42,718 nucleotides of DNA. Origin: a virus. Under the pieces are notes generated by a model. It was given only the letters and a program-made list of their open reading frames with translations. It was not told the DNA's origin and made no database searches. Shown here in pieces: positions 24,248-35,300 of this stretch. How positions within the stretch are numbered: position 1 is the first letter of the stretch; the number at the start of each line of letters is the position of its first letter. Made by a program: the position numbers and the translations under genes. The stretch is taken from the UHGV virus genome UHGV-0332340, one strand, 5' to 3'.

Positions 24248-26020
24248 ATGTTTGATCCAGTACAAGATTATATAGATTTAATTGAAAAAGGATATGTAGA
24301 AGGTAAAAAATACATTGTTGAAGATGGTAAATATAAGACCATTAAAGTGGATATTCGTGTAGGAACAAAAATTAAAAAGGCCATTGAACGTCATCAAAGA
24401 GAGGTAGAGTTGTCTAAACGACCAGATTATCCATATATTTATAGACCAGAAGAAGCAATTCCAGTTATTAAATTCATGGAGATGTTACCTGACCCAAAGA
24501 GTCGTAAACCACTGAAGTTAGCCACCTTCCAAAAATTCATTATTGGTTTACTATATGGTTGGCGCAAAAAGAGAGATAATACTAGACGTTTTAGAAAAGC
24601 CTATATCTCACTAGCACGTAAGAATGGTAAGTCTTTAATTGTAGCTGGCATTGCCTTATATGAGTTTTTATTTGGTAAGAATCCAGCAGCAAGCCGTCAA
24701 GTAGTAGCGGCAGCCAACACAAAAGAGCAAGCAGGAATCGTTTTCAGAATGCTAAAATCTCAATTAATGGCACTACGTAGCGTATCAAAAGAAGTGAAGA
24801 AAAGAACAACTGTTCGTAGATATGATATTGAAGCTAGTGATGAATCAACCGTTAAGCCACTATCAAGTGACGCAGACACACTAGATGGATTAGATGTTTT
24901 ATGCGGTATTTTAGATGAGTATGGTGAAGCTAAAGATACAAGTATTATTGAAGTATTAGAGTCATCACAAGCGCAACAAGTGGAAGGATTGATTCTAATG
25001 ATTTCCACAGCAACAAAGAATCTGAATGGGCCAATGTTTACTATAGATTACGCATTTGTTGAAAAGTTACTGAATGACGAAGTTAAAGCAGACGCCTATC
25101 TTGCATTATGTTGGGAGATGGATAGTCTATCAGAAGTTGATGATGAGGCGAACTGGATCAAGGCAAACCCTTTACTAGAAATACCAGAAGCTTATGAATC
25201 AATGATGGAACACAAGCGCAACTCACTTGACGAGTATAAAGGTAAAATGGATTTATCAGGTTGGCTTACAAAAGAAGAAAATTTTTGGGTACAATCATCT
25301 AAAGATAGTTTTGTAACCAAAGAGGAATGGGACGCAGTGAAAGCACCTACTAATTATAATATTAGAGGTAGAAAAGTATATATTGGTATTGACTTAGCTA
25401 GAACATCAGACATGACAGCTGTTTCATGGATTATTCCAATAGAAGAAGAACACAAGCTATTACTAGATACACATGGGTTTGTATCATCAGTAGGAGGCAT
25501 TGACCATAAACAGTCAATTGATAAAATACCATATAGGCAGTATGAGTCAATGAACCTAATTCATATATCGCAACGTGAGGATGGTCTGATAGATAGTGAA
25601 GAGATGTGTGATTGGATACGTGACTTCATAGACTATAATGACTTACAATTGGTAGGTATTTATTATGACCCATTTATGATGGACAAGGCTTTGATTAATC
25701 TAAGTAAAACCTATCCCAAAAAACTAATTGAAGTACCACAGAAAATCAACTATTTATCTTCACCAACAAGAGCCTTGCGTGAGTTAATTCGCAGAGGTGA
25801 AGTAATGCACACCAATAATCCTTTATTGAATCGTGCGGCATACAATGCCATGATTAAAGAGTACAACGACAGCGTTGCTATTGATAAGCAAATAAACAGG
25901 AATAAAATTGACTCACTTGACGCCATAATAAATGCGATGAGTGACGCTCAATATCATGATTATGACGCTCCAACATTGCAAGATTTACTAGATAATGGTG
26001 AGTTTGGCTTTGGTTACTAG
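24248..26020 (+). CDS. terL: Terminase large subunit (Terminase_1 family)
   Basis: N-terminal ATPase (Walker A-like ISLARKNGKS), C-terminal nuclease, 590 aa. An intrinsic terminator follows at 26034-26060. Confidence 0.85.
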   Translation: MFDPVQDYIDLIEKGYVEGKKYIVEDGKYKTIKVDIRVGTKIKKAIERHQREVELSKRPDYPYIYRPEEAIPVIKFMEMLPDPKSRKPLKLATFQKFIIGLLYGWRKKRDNTRRFRKAYISLARKNGKSLIVAGIALYEFLFGKNPAASRQVVAAANTKEQAGIVFRMLKSQLMALRSVSKEVKKRTTVRRYDIEASDESTVKPLSSDADTLDGLDVLCGILDEYGEAKDTSIIEVLESSQAQQVEGLILMISTATKNLNGPMFTIDYAFVEKLLNDEVKADAYLALCWEMDSLSEVDDEANWIKANPLLEIPEAYESMMEHKRNSLDEYKGKMDLSGWLTKEENFWVQSSKDSFVTKEEWDAVKAPTNYNIRGRKVYIGIDLARTSDMTAVSWIIPIEEEHKLLLDTHGFVSSVGGIDHKQSIDKIPYRQYESMNLIHISQREDGLIDSEEMCDWIRDFIDYNDLQLVGIYYDPFMMDKALINLSKTYPKKLIEVPQKINYLSSPTRALRELIRRGEVMHTNNPLLNRAAYNAMIKEYNDSVAIDKQINRNKIDSLDAIINAMSDAQYHDYDAPTLQDLLDNGEFGFGY

Positions 26021-26113
26021 TAAAACTCATGAGAGTATGCCTAAACAGCATACTTTTTTCTTCTAGTTTGTGTTAAAATAGAGTTAGAAATATCGCAAAA
26101 GGAGCGTGAAAAC

Positions 26114-26290
26114 ATGAAATTTGTTGCGGTTATTGTAGCTGTTTTGTATATAATTAGCGCAGTATTTATCGCTTTATCAGCGTTTTTAGTATCAAATATC
26201 ATAGGACTATTCACCTGTGGTATATTATTCATGATACCAACCATTGTTTTATATCATGAAGCCACTAATTCAGGAGAAGGGAGGTCATAA
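26114..26290 (+). CDS. Small membrane protein (58 aa, 2 TM)
   Basis: RBS AAAGGAG, ATG at 26114. Its stop overlaps the portal RBS. Preferred over the antisense ORF at 26041-26244. Confidence 0.4.
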   Translation: MKFVAVIVAVLYIISAVFIALSAFLVSNIIGLFTCGILFMIPTIVLYHEATNSGEGRS

Positions 26291-26293
26291 TAA

Positions 26294-27499
26294 ATGGGAT
26301 TATTCATAAACAACGGAAACCCAGTTACAGAGCAGCAATTTATTGATTATATCAATACTGGAACAGTTTACACTACCAACTTTACAGGTCTAAAAGCGTT
26401 GACAAACTCAGATATTTATACTGGAGTCAACATCATCGCTGGAGATATTGCTCAAAGTCCATTCAAACCTGTAGAGACTACAACGATTGATGAAAGTTTG
26501 TTGCACATATTAAATAAAGAACCAAAGGAAAATCAATCTCACTATACAATGATGTATGCAGTGGTTTCAAACCTTATTCTAACAGGAAACGCATATGTTC
26601 TCATTCATAGAAACAATGATGATAGTGTAAAAGAGTTAGAATTTGTAGAAACACAGCAGGTTAATGTCATCAGAGACTTGGCAACAGGCTTATACAGATA
26701 TGAGGTTAACATGCCATATGGGAATATCATGTACAAATGCGACCCACGTGATATCTTACATTTCAAGTTAAGCACCACAGATGGTTGGCTGGGACGCTCA
26801 CCCTTACTATCATTAAATGACGAAATATCATTACAAACCAATGGACTAAAAGTACTGAACAACTTCTTTTCCAAAGGTGTATTCTCTGGAGGTATTCTTA
26901 AACTACTAAATGGTGCAGTCAACAACAGTGCTAAGAAACAAATTAGAGATGACTTTGAAGCCGTAAATGGAAACGGTGGTGTTGTCGTGATAGATGACAC
27001 GCAAGAGTTCACTGACAGTAAAATCAATACAGAAGTACTAAAATTAATCCAAGCTAATAAATTTAGTACACAACAAATTGCTAAAGTATTGGGTATTCCA
27101 GTAAGTAGATTTGGACAAGAATTAGTCAACTCATCTGACACCAGTCAGAATGATATTTATATTGCCAGCACAATTGCGATGTATGAGTCATCTATCTGTG
27201 ATGAGATAAACCTAAAATTAGGAGTAGAGTTGGAGTTAGATTTATCTAAACTACGCCAAGATACAAAAGAGGATAGACTGCGTAGAATCGCAGAAGGCAG
27301 AGTTAAGTCTGAATTTGCACAAGCATTGACTGTAAATGACGCTCGTGGATACCTTGGCTTTACTGAGATTGAAGGAGGAGATGCCCTACTTGGTCAAACA
27401 CCAGAAACAACTGAAAATAAAACAGAACAGGAAGTGAATGTTAATGAAGAAGAACTTGGAGATCAGAGCCCTACAGACGCTGGAGAAGACAGAGGATAA
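26294..27499 (+). CDS. Portal protein (HK97-type)
   Basis: 401 aa, placed between terL and the prohead protease. C-terminus is acidic. Confidence 0.75.
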   Translation: MGLFINNGNPVTEQQFIDYINTGTVYTTNFTGLKALTNSDIYTGVNIIAGDIAQSPFKPVETTTIDESLLHILNKEPKENQSHYTMMYAVVSNLILTGNAYVLIHRNNDDSVKELEFVETQQVNVIRDLATGLYRYEVNMPYGNIMYKCDPRDILHFKLSTTDGWLGRSPLLSLNDEISLQTNGLKVLNNFFSKGVFSGGILKLLNGAVNNSAKKQIRDDFEAVNGNGGVVVIDDTQEFTDSKINTEVLKLIQANKFSTQQIAKVLGIPVSRFGQELVNSSDTSQNDIYIASTIAMYESSICDEINLKLGVELELDLSKLRQDTKEDRLRRIAEGRVKSEFAQALTVNDARGYLGFTEIEGGDALLGQTPETTENKTEQEVNVNEEELGDQSPTDAGEDRG

Positions 27500-27995
27500 T
27501 GTAGTAGAAGGATACGCACTAAAATTCAATAAAGAATCACGTAATTTAGGTGGATTTGTGGAAACAATTTCACCAGAAGCATTAGACGGTGTAGACTTAA
27601 CAGATGTACGTTGTTTCATGGATCACGACTCTAGTAAGTTATTAGGACGCACGTCAAGTGGAACACTACAGCTAAATGTAGATGATGTTGGGTTGCATTT
27701 TCGTTGTGTACTTCCTGACACAAGTAATGGACGTGACGCAATGGAGCTTGTAAAACGAGGTGACTTGAATCAATGCTCATTTGGTTTCACAGTGGCTAAA
27801 GACAAATGGATAAAAGGTCAAAACATTATGAAACGGTCAATTAACAAGATTGGTTCATTATTAGAAATTTCTCTAGTATCAATTCCAGCTTATGATGATA
27901 CAGATGTGCGAGTTGCTACACGCTCACTAGAAGAAGCTGTTAATGAATTAGAGAAACAACGATTAGAAGTTGAATTGGAGCTGTTGGGCTTGTAA
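27438..27995 (+). CDS. Prohead protease (HK97 family, S78/U35)
   Basis: Conserved N-terminal region VEGYALKFN...HD..KLLGRT and the usual position before the capsid gene. The 3' part may act as a scaffold. Confidence 0.75.
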   Translation: MLMKKNLEIRALQTLEKTEDNVVEGYALKFNKESRNLGGFVETISPEALDGVDLTDVRCFMDHDSSKLLGRTSSGTLQLNVDDVGLHFRCVLPDTSNGRDAMELVKRGDLNQCSFGFTVAKDKWIKGQNIMKRSINKIGSLLEISLVSIPAYDDTDVRVATRSLEEAVNELEKQRLEVELELLGL

Positions 27996-28064
27996 TTTAA
28001 AGCCCACAACTTCTTATATGTATGCTATAATTAAAACAGAAAGCTAGTGAAGGAGTGAGATTGA

Positions 28065-29261
28065 TTGAATCGTGAAGAGCAAATCAAAAAAGCACATGAT
28101 TTATTGTCAGAAGGCAAATTTGAGGAAGCACGTAGTTTAGTTGATGCAATTAAGAAACATGATGCAGAAGAGTTAGAACATAAAGCTTCTGAAGAACAGC
28201 CTGAAGAAGATAAAACTGTTGAAGAAACAAAAGATGAAGAAAAAGAAGAACCAAAAGAGCCAGAAACAGAAAAAGAACCTGAAGAACAACCAAAAGATGA
28301 AGAAAAACGCTCATTAGAGCAAGAAGGAGAAGAAGAAAATATGGAAAAAGTAGTGTTAGATGGAAAAGAAATCTCTCAGCCAGAAACAGAAGTTCGTGGA
28401 TTTTTAAATTATGTACGTTCTCACAACCCTAAAATGGACTTGCGAGCGCTTCCAGAAGGTGTTAAATCAACTGATGTAGGTGCTATTATTCCTCAAGATA
28501 TTGTTACAAAAACAAAAACATTGCCTGAAACAGTTGTAGATTTACGAAACCTAGTTCAAACAGTGAAAGTAAGCACTCCAACTGGTAAATACCCTATCTT
28601 GAAATCAACAGAGGCTGTAATGCACACTGTAGCTGAATTGGAAGCAAATCCAGACTTAGACAAACCACAATTTGAAAATGTATTGTATGATGTTGATACT
28701 TATCGTGGACAAATCCCAGTTTCTCGTGAATCTTTAGACGATTCAGATGAAGATTTGGGCGCTTTAATTGCACGTCATGTTCAACGCATTGCATTGAACA
28801 CAGCCAACTCTAAAATTGTTGAAAACTTGAAAACAGCAACAGCTAAAACTGTTCATAATTTGGATGAAATCAAAACAATCATCAATACTGAGTTTGACCC
28901 AGCATACAACTTACAATTTGTAGTGTCTCAATCGTTCTATAATGAAGTAGATTTAATGAAAGACAATGAAGGACGTTACATGTTACAACCTTCAATCACT
29001 GCTCAATCAGGTAAATCTTTACTTGGTTTGAACGTAACAGTTCTGTCTGATAAATTGCTAGGAGGTTCAGCAGGCGCTAAAGTAGCATTCTTGGGAGATC
29101 CAGCTGGATTTACATCATTCTTTGACCGTAACGAAATGGCAGTTCGTTGGCAAGAGCATCAACACTATGGAGAAATTCTAGCCGCAGCTATGCGTTTTGA
29201 CGTTAAAAAAGTAGACGCAGCAGCTGGTAAATTCTTAACTCTTGCGCCAGAGGTAAAGTAA
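28065..29261 (+). CDS. Major capsid protein (HK97 fold) with acidic N-terminal delta domain
   Basis: TTG start behind AAGGAG. A Glu/Lys/Pro-rich ~100-aa N-terminal region is followed by an HK97-like body. Confidence 0.75.
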   Translation: MNREEQIKKAHDLLSEGKFEEARSLVDAIKKHDAEELEHKASEEQPEEDKTVEETKDEEKEEPKEPETEKEPEEQPKDEEKRSLEQEGEEENMEKVVLDGKEISQPETEVRGFLNYVRSHNPKMDLRALPEGVKSTDVGAIIPQDIVTKTKTLPETVVDLRNLVQTVKVSTPTGKYPILKSTEAVMHTVAELEANPDLDKPQFENVLYDVDTYRGQIPVSRESLDDSDEDLGALIARHVQRIALNTANSKIVENLKTATAKTVHNLDEIKTIINTEFDPAYNLQFVVSQSFYNEVDLMKDNEGRYMLQPSITAQSGKSLLGLNVTVLSDKLLGGSAGAKVAFLGDPAGFTSFFDRNEMAVRWQEHQHYGEILAAAMRFDVKKVDAAAGKFLTLAPEVK

Positions 29262-29530
29262 CAGGCGTTACTGTAACACCTGAAACAGCAAGCGTAGAAG
29301 TGGATAACACAGTTGCTTTAACAGCGACTGTAGCCCCTTCTAATGCTACTGATAAAACGGTGACATTTAAGTCAGCAGATGAAACATTAGCTACAGTTGA
29401 CAATAAAGGTGTTGTAACTGGGGTTAAAGCTACTGAACCAGATACGCCAGTTGTTATTACAGTAACGACAAATGATGGAAATCAAACAGACACTTGTGCG
29501 GTAACAGTAACAAATCCAGCAGGTGGATAA
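29231..29530 (+). CDS. Ig-like (Big_2) domain in -1 frame of capsid gene 3' end (probable frameshift extension)
   Basis: The -1 frame opens at 29231, before the capsid stop at 29259-29261. It has no RBS. It encodes a Big_2-like fold (VTGVTVTPE...VTFKSADETLATVDNKGVVTGV). A potential slip occurs at A_AAG UAA (29255-29261). Confidence 0.45.
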   Translation: MLNSCARGKVTGVTVTPETASVEVDNTVALTATVAPSNATDKTVTFKSADETLATVDNKGVVTGVKATEPDTPVVITVTTNDGNQTDTCAVTVTNPAGG

Positions 29531-29596
29531 CACTAAGAGAGGTGGGGCTCATGTCTCAGCTCTCTTTTATTATATGATAAAGGAGCGATAGAGTCA

Positions 29597-29917
29597 ATGC
29601 TTACAGTAGAAGAAATTAAAAATAATTTACGGATTGACTATGATGAGGATGATACCTACTTAGAAATGTTACTTGGGGCAGCACAACTCTACATTTTAGG
29701 TAGTATTGAAGTGACAGTGTTACCAGATGACCCAAAAACAAACACACTAATCTTCATGCTTGTATCCTTATGGTATGAAAATCGTGTACCAGCTACAAAT
29801 GCACTACAACAACAAGTACCATTTACTATCACAGCAATGATTCATCAATTGAGGGGGCTAAATCATGGCGAATATCAAGACATCCAGGCTGAACCAGCGG
29901 ATTACACTACTAGTTAA
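29597..29917 (+). CDS. Head-tail connector (gp6-like)
   Basis: N-terminus MLTVEEIKNNLRIDYDEDD, about 106 aa. Confidence 0.7.
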   Translation: MLTVEEIKNNLRIDYDEDDTYLEMLLGAAQLYILGSIEVTVLPDDPKTNTLIFMLVSLWYENRVPATNALQQQVPFTITAMIHQLRGLNHGEYQDIQAEPADYTTS

Positions 29918-30200
29918 GACACGCTCACGAAATGAGTTCTTTGAGTGGATTGAAACATGGAATCCAGATAGAAAAATATGGTGTTCCGTCAAACAGCAGT
30001 ACTTTAAAGACTATCAAGATACTTATGGGACAACACTAGCTAATACCACAAACTTTATTATTAGATACGATACAGGACAACTGGTTTCAAAATCTAATCG
30101 TGTTGAGTTCAAAGGTAAGCAATATAGAATAGAGGACATTCTAGAAGGTTCATTTGATAGAGACTTCACTACATTAGTATGCAAACAAGTGGAGGATTAA
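29865..30200 (+). CDS. Head closure / head-tail joining protein
   Basis: RBS GAGGGGG; size and position match this role. Confidence 0.6.
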   Translation: MANIKTSRLNQRITLLVKTRSRNEFFEWIETWNPDRKIWCSVKQQYFKDYQDTYGTTLANTTNFIIRYDTGQLVSKSNRVEFKGKQYRIEDILEGSFDRDFTTLVCKQVED

Positions 30201-30202
30201 CT

Positions 30203-30574
30203 ATGAAAAAGAATTATGTGGATTTTAGTTCAGCCTATAAAGCGATAGGGAAAACGGAAAAAGAACTTGAAAAAGCAGCCGTCAAAGCTGTAGAGGTGGC
30301 TGGAGAATATGCGTCAAAACAGTTGAAGACAAAGACACCAATTGATTATGATACAAAAACTCATATGCGAGACCATATTGTGTATAGTAAACCAACGGTA
30401 AATAAACCAACATCAGAAGTAGGCTTTGATAAACAAGTAGCATGGCGAGCACATTTTGTGGAGTTTGGAACGATTAAACAACCGCCGCAAGCCTTTATAC
30501 AAAAAACAATGAGAGATATAGAAAACAAAGTCGCAGATATTATACAATCAGAAATGATGAGGAGGCTGAAATAA
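30203..30574 (+). CDS. Tail component (HK97 gp10-like)
   Basis: RBS GGAGGA before the ATG at 30203; position fits. Confidence 0.55.
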   Translation: MKKNYVDFSSAYKAIGKTEKELEKAAVKAVEVAGEYASKQLKTKTPIDYDTKTHMRDHIVYSKPTVNKPTSEVGFDKQVAWRAHFVEFGTIKQPPQAFIQKTMRDIENKVADIIQSEMMRRLK

Positions 30575-30939
30575 TGAAATTACCAATTCTAATGATTGCT
30601 GAGGTATTAGAAGAATCTATCCCAGAAATAAACTGGTTTGTCAATCAGATTGAAGAAGAAAAACAAGTGAATCCACCTTATCCGTTAGGACGTATTGTAG
30701 AGCTATCTGGTGACTATGTAGATTATGCCTCAGAACAACCTAATTATCTAACAACAAGCGTTCAGGTGGATGTATGGGTGCGTGACGTACAAGAATCAAA
30801 CAAGTACTACTTTTTACTTGATAACGTCATGCGAGAGCAAGGTATTCAATGTGCATATACAGAAGAAACACAAGATCAGGATTTGAAAGAAGGACGTAGG
30901 ATTATTAAGCGTTATGTGCTGTCACAGCGTGTCTTGTAA
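30574..30939 (+). CDS. Tail terminator / tail completion protein
   Basis: ATGA-type coupling; position just before the major tail gene. Confidence 0.5.
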   Translation: MKLPILMIAEVLEESIPEINWFVNQIEEEKQVNPPYPLGRIVELSGDYVDYASEQPNYLTTSVQVDVWVRDVQESNKYYFLLDNVMREQGIQCAYTEETQDQDLKEGRRIIKRYVLSQRVL

Positions 30940-31010
30940 TCAAACACAAAGGCTTGAGAATATGCTATAATTAACCTAGTAAGAAAATAAAAATAAAAGG
31001 AGTTTTTAGT

Positions 31011-31574
31011 ATGGCATTAGTAGGTTTTGAGAAAGCCATTATCTCTGTACCAAAAGTAGGCGGAGACGGCGTAGACCAATTAGTAATTGATAAGACAGGC
31101 GGAGGTACTATTGAAGCAAGTATCTCAGGAATTTCACCAGACCAAACAACAGTATACGCTTCAAATGTACCAATTTGGGTATCAGCTAAAGGTGTGGGTG
31201 AGTTAACAGCTTCATTAAACGTGTTTGACCTTTATAAAAACAACGTGTATGAACGTATCATGGGTATCACACGTGACGCAGATGGTGTAGCAATGGTTGG
31301 ACAAGATACAGAAGCACCATATGTGTCAGTCGTATTTGTATCAAGCACCGCAGATGGTAAGAAGATGTTCCTTGGCTTGACAAAAGGCCGTTTCTCACAT
31401 CCAGAATTAGCCTTGAACACATCAGAATCAGGTGGAACAGAACCAAACACAGAAACAATTGAAGGTTCATTTGTAACGGATTCACGTGGAATTGCTTACA
31501 TGAGTGGAGTGGAAGAAGCTAGCAAGTTAACACTAGAAAAATTCATCAACAAAGTAAACAACGTATCAGAGTAA
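31011..31574 (+). CDS. Major tail protein
   Basis: 187 aa, RBS AAAGGAG, followed by a strong terminator at 31585-31612. Confidence 0.65.
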   Translation: MALVGFEKAIISVPKVGGDGVDQLVIDKTGGGTIEASISGISPDQTTVYASNVPIWVSAKGVGELTASLNVFDLYKNNVYERIMGITRDADGVAMVGQDTEAPYVSVVFVSSTADGKKMFLGLTKGRFSHPELALNTSESGGTEPNTETIEGSFVTDSRGIAYMSGVEEASKLTLEKFINKVNNVSE

Positions 31575-31676
31575 TCACTAGACCTAGTCTTAATTGACTA
31601 GGTTTTTTATTTGCACAAGTAAGTGAATATATGTTATAATGAACTAGTAAAGAATTAAAAAATTGGAGGAATTGAA

Positions 31677-32006
31677 ATGATTAAATTGAAATTAGAAATT
31701 GATGGGAAAACAAAAGAGTTTACACAAAAATCAGTCAAGGTGCGTGCCATGCGTGAAATGATGAAATTCCAAGCCCGTATGGAAAAGGTACAATCTGGAG
31801 AGGAAGAAATGTCAGCCTTAGACCAAATTGACACAATGATTATGTTAGTAGCTGATGTATTTGACAATCCAGAAGTAAACTTTGACAACATTATTAATGG
31901 TGTTGAAGCAGATAAGCTAGAAGAAGTACTTGGTGGCGTATTTGACGCTATTGGGGGTGGAGAAGCAACCCCATCAAAAAAGGTGAAAAAGACCTCTCAG
32001 AAATAA
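31677..32006 (+). CDS. Tail assembly chaperone G
   Basis: Acidic 109-aa protein upstream of the tape measure gene. Carries the slippery site. Confidence 0.7.
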   Translation: MIKLKLEIDGKTKEFTQKSVKVRAMREMMKFQARMEKVQSGEEEMSALDQIDTMIMLVADVFDNPEVNFDNIINGVEADKLEEVLGGVFDAIGGGEATPSKKVKKTSQK

Positions 32007-32236
32007 GTTGGGACGAACATCTTGACGCAATGGATAAGATGTACACTGACCTTTTATCCAGTGAGTCTGGGACATGGTCTCTATCAGAAATTAACAACGC
32101 TGACTATAATTTACTAATGGAGTTGTTTACAAAAGATAATAAACCTAAAAAAGAAAAACTACAAGACCCAATAGATTTCTTTGGTACATTTATGAGTCCG
32201 CAAGATATGGCAAAAGTAAAAGGTGAGACACTTTAG
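31677..32236 (+). CDS. Tail assembly chaperone G-T fusion via -1 programmed frameshift
   Basis: Canonical slippery heptamer A_AAA_AAG at 31976-31982. The -1 frame continues through the 32030-32236 ORF to just before the tape measure gene. Confidence 0.65.
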
Positions 32237-32303
32237 CACACCGCTAGAGTGTCTCTTTTTATGTTATAATAGATTAAGAAAGCAACCAAAAGGAGTGAAC
32301 TTG

Positions 32304-35300
32304 ATGGCACAAGATAGACCTATAGGAAATATGAAATTTGGGGTTGGATTTGATGGTTTAGATGAGTCTTTAAATACATTAGATAAGTTAAATAGAGCAA
32401 TTAAACAGACAGAATCAGCAATGAAAACCAATATATCTACAATGGATAAAGGTAATAAAACCGCCTCTGATTATGCACGTGCAGAAGCAGATTTAACGAG
32501 AGCATATGAATTACAAGCTAAAAAAATTGCATTACTAGAAAAAAGAAAAGAAGAACAAATCAAAGCACATGGTGCTGAATCAGCAGCAGTTGCTAGAACA
32601 GTTGACCAAATTAACAAAGCCTCAACAAAATACAATCAGTATAATAAAGAGATTGATAAAAACAAACAGGCACATATAATCGCTTCAAGTGGTGTAGATA
32701 AATATAGTAAGGCTATCAAAAACAATGAATCAGCCATGAAAGATGAAATTAGTGCATTACGTAGTGCTGGCGATAAGGTAGGAGCATATAAAGCACAAAA
32801 ACAAGGGTTACTGAAACAAGAAGAATTAACAACAAAAGCAATTAAAGCTCAGGAAAACGTAGTAAAACAAATGACCAAGCAATTTGGTGAAAACTCAACA
32901 CAAGTTGCTAGTGCTAAAGAAAAACTAGAAACCTTTAAGCGACAACAACAAATAACAAGTAAGCAGATAGAAGGAACAAACAAAGGACTGAAGGAGTCAT
33001 CTAATGCTTTTCGTGGGTTAAATGATGAAATGTCCAAATCTGAACCAGCTTCTAAAAAGGCAGTAAATGGCTTAGGAAAAGTAACCTCTGGTTTAGGAAC
33101 TATGTTAGGTGGAATTGGTAAAGTTGTAGGCAAGGTTGGACTTGGTGCTTTACTAACTATTGGTAACAAAGCGTTTAATGCCGTTTCATCAAATGTTGAT
33201 TCCGCGATTAAACGTATTGATACCTTGGCAAACTCATCAAGATCATTTCAAAACATGGGCTTTGACGCAGAAAAAACAGCGAGAGCCATGAAAAACATTT
33301 CTAAAGCAATTGAAGGATTACCAACGGCTTTAGATGACTCTGTATCCAACGTACAACTATTAGCAGCATCAACAGGAGATTTAGATTTATCTGTAGATGT
33401 TTATAAGGCATTAAATGACGCAATACTTGGTTTTGGTGGAGACGCAAACATGGCAAATAATGCTATTGTTCAGTTATCCCAATCCTTCTCTAATGGTAAA
33501 GTAGACGCGCAAACATGGAACTCTATGATAAACTCAGGACTTGGCCCAACATTAAATGCCCTAGCAAAACAAATGGGCATAACTACTGGCGAGTTGAAAA
33601 ATGGTCTTTCAGAAGGTAAAATCTCAGTTAAAGACTTTCAAGAAGGATTAATTAAACTTGACAAAGAAGGTGGTGGCGGTCTTAAGTCATTAGAACAGAT
33701 TGCCAAAGACTCTACAAAAGGTATTAGCACCTCACTAGCAAATGCTAAAACGGCTATGGTACGTGGAACTGCTGAACTTATTAAAAGCGTAGATGAAATG
33801 CTTAAAAATATGAATCTACCAACAATCAGTGAGTTTATTACAAATGCAGGAACAAACATGGAAAACTTCATGAAAAAAGTTGCTGCTGTACTACCTGAAA
33901 TTGCAAAACACTTCGCATGGGTTGGAGATGTATTTGATGGAATCAAAGAAATCTTTGCAAATGTCATGGATGAGGTGGACGCCTTTATTTTCAACTTCAA
34001 GAATGGTTTCACGCAAATGGTAGAATTTGTTAAAAACGTGTGGAATGGTGATGTACAAAGTAATGACTACTATCTACTTAGATTAGCAGGACTTGATTAC
34101 GAAACAATTTGGAAAATAGAAGACTTCATAAAAATATTTAAAGAAAAAGCAGAAACATTTGGGGCTTATGTACAAGGGTTCTGGAAACTATTTTCTAAAG
34201 ATGAAGCAACATCACTAGATGGATATTCAATGCTTAGAACACTGGGCATGACAGAAGATCAGATTACAGGTCTAGAAACAGCGGTAGAAAACGTTAAGAC
34301 GTTTCTAAGTGACTTAAAAGATGTGGTACTAGATTTGGCAGACATAGCACTGTATAACTTAAACCAAGAGTTTGATACTCTTTATAAGTTTTTCACAGAA
34401 GAGGTAGCGCCAGACTTGCTTCCAATTATACAATCATGGACAGAGAGCTTTCAACGTATGAGCACTATATTTAAAGACACAGGGGATAGTGCTAATGGCT
34501 TGAAAACAGTTATTGTTGTAGCGTGGAAAATAATGGAAGATAGATTCCAAGGATTGTGGATTATTGTTAAAACAATAATGACTGCTATTCAGATTACGAT
34601 TGAAACAGTGACAGTTGCAATTGCTGGAATACTAAACACATTTGGTCTTGTTATCACAGGTCAATGGAGTAGCGCGTGGGAAGAAATTAAGAAAACTGGA
34701 GAACGTATCTGGGCAGCCATCTGGGGTGGAATTAAAGATACATTCTTAGGAAAAATTCTGACAGCATTGGGCACTTTCTACACAGAGAATAAGAAAATAT
34801 TTGACGGTATTTGGGAAACAATTACAGGCATACTATTTGCTGTACCAGGGTTTGTGTTTGACATCTTCACGAAAGTACCTCAGCGAATGGCAGAAGCCAT
34901 TAAAGGAGGTAAAAGCGCAGTAGTGGCAGCCTTTAAAGGTGTTTTCAATGCAGCACTTAAAGCGATTGGGAAACCAGTAAATGGGATCATCAAAGGTGCG
35001 TCATGGGTGCTTGAAAAATTAGGTGCAGAACCTCTAAAAGAATGGGAAGTACCACAATACGCTACAGGTACACCAGCAGGCGGACACCCAATTAATGGGC
35101 CAATGATGGTCAATGATGGACGTGGAGCAGAAACAGTTATCACACCAGATGGTAGAGCATTCATCCCTAAAGGACGCAACGTTGTATTAAACGCACCAAA
35201 AGGAACGCATGTCTTGACAGCTGAAGAAACAGCACAGCTTCAAGGTTCAAAAGCCCCTAAGTACCGTTACAAAAAGGGTACTAACTTCTTTGGTAACATG

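Noticed and set aside
26041-26244. 67-aa minus-strand ORF between terL and portal
   Set aside because: Antisense to the late transcription direction, no RBS, and it overlaps a plus-strand 58-aa membrane ORF with a good RBS and the terL terminator.
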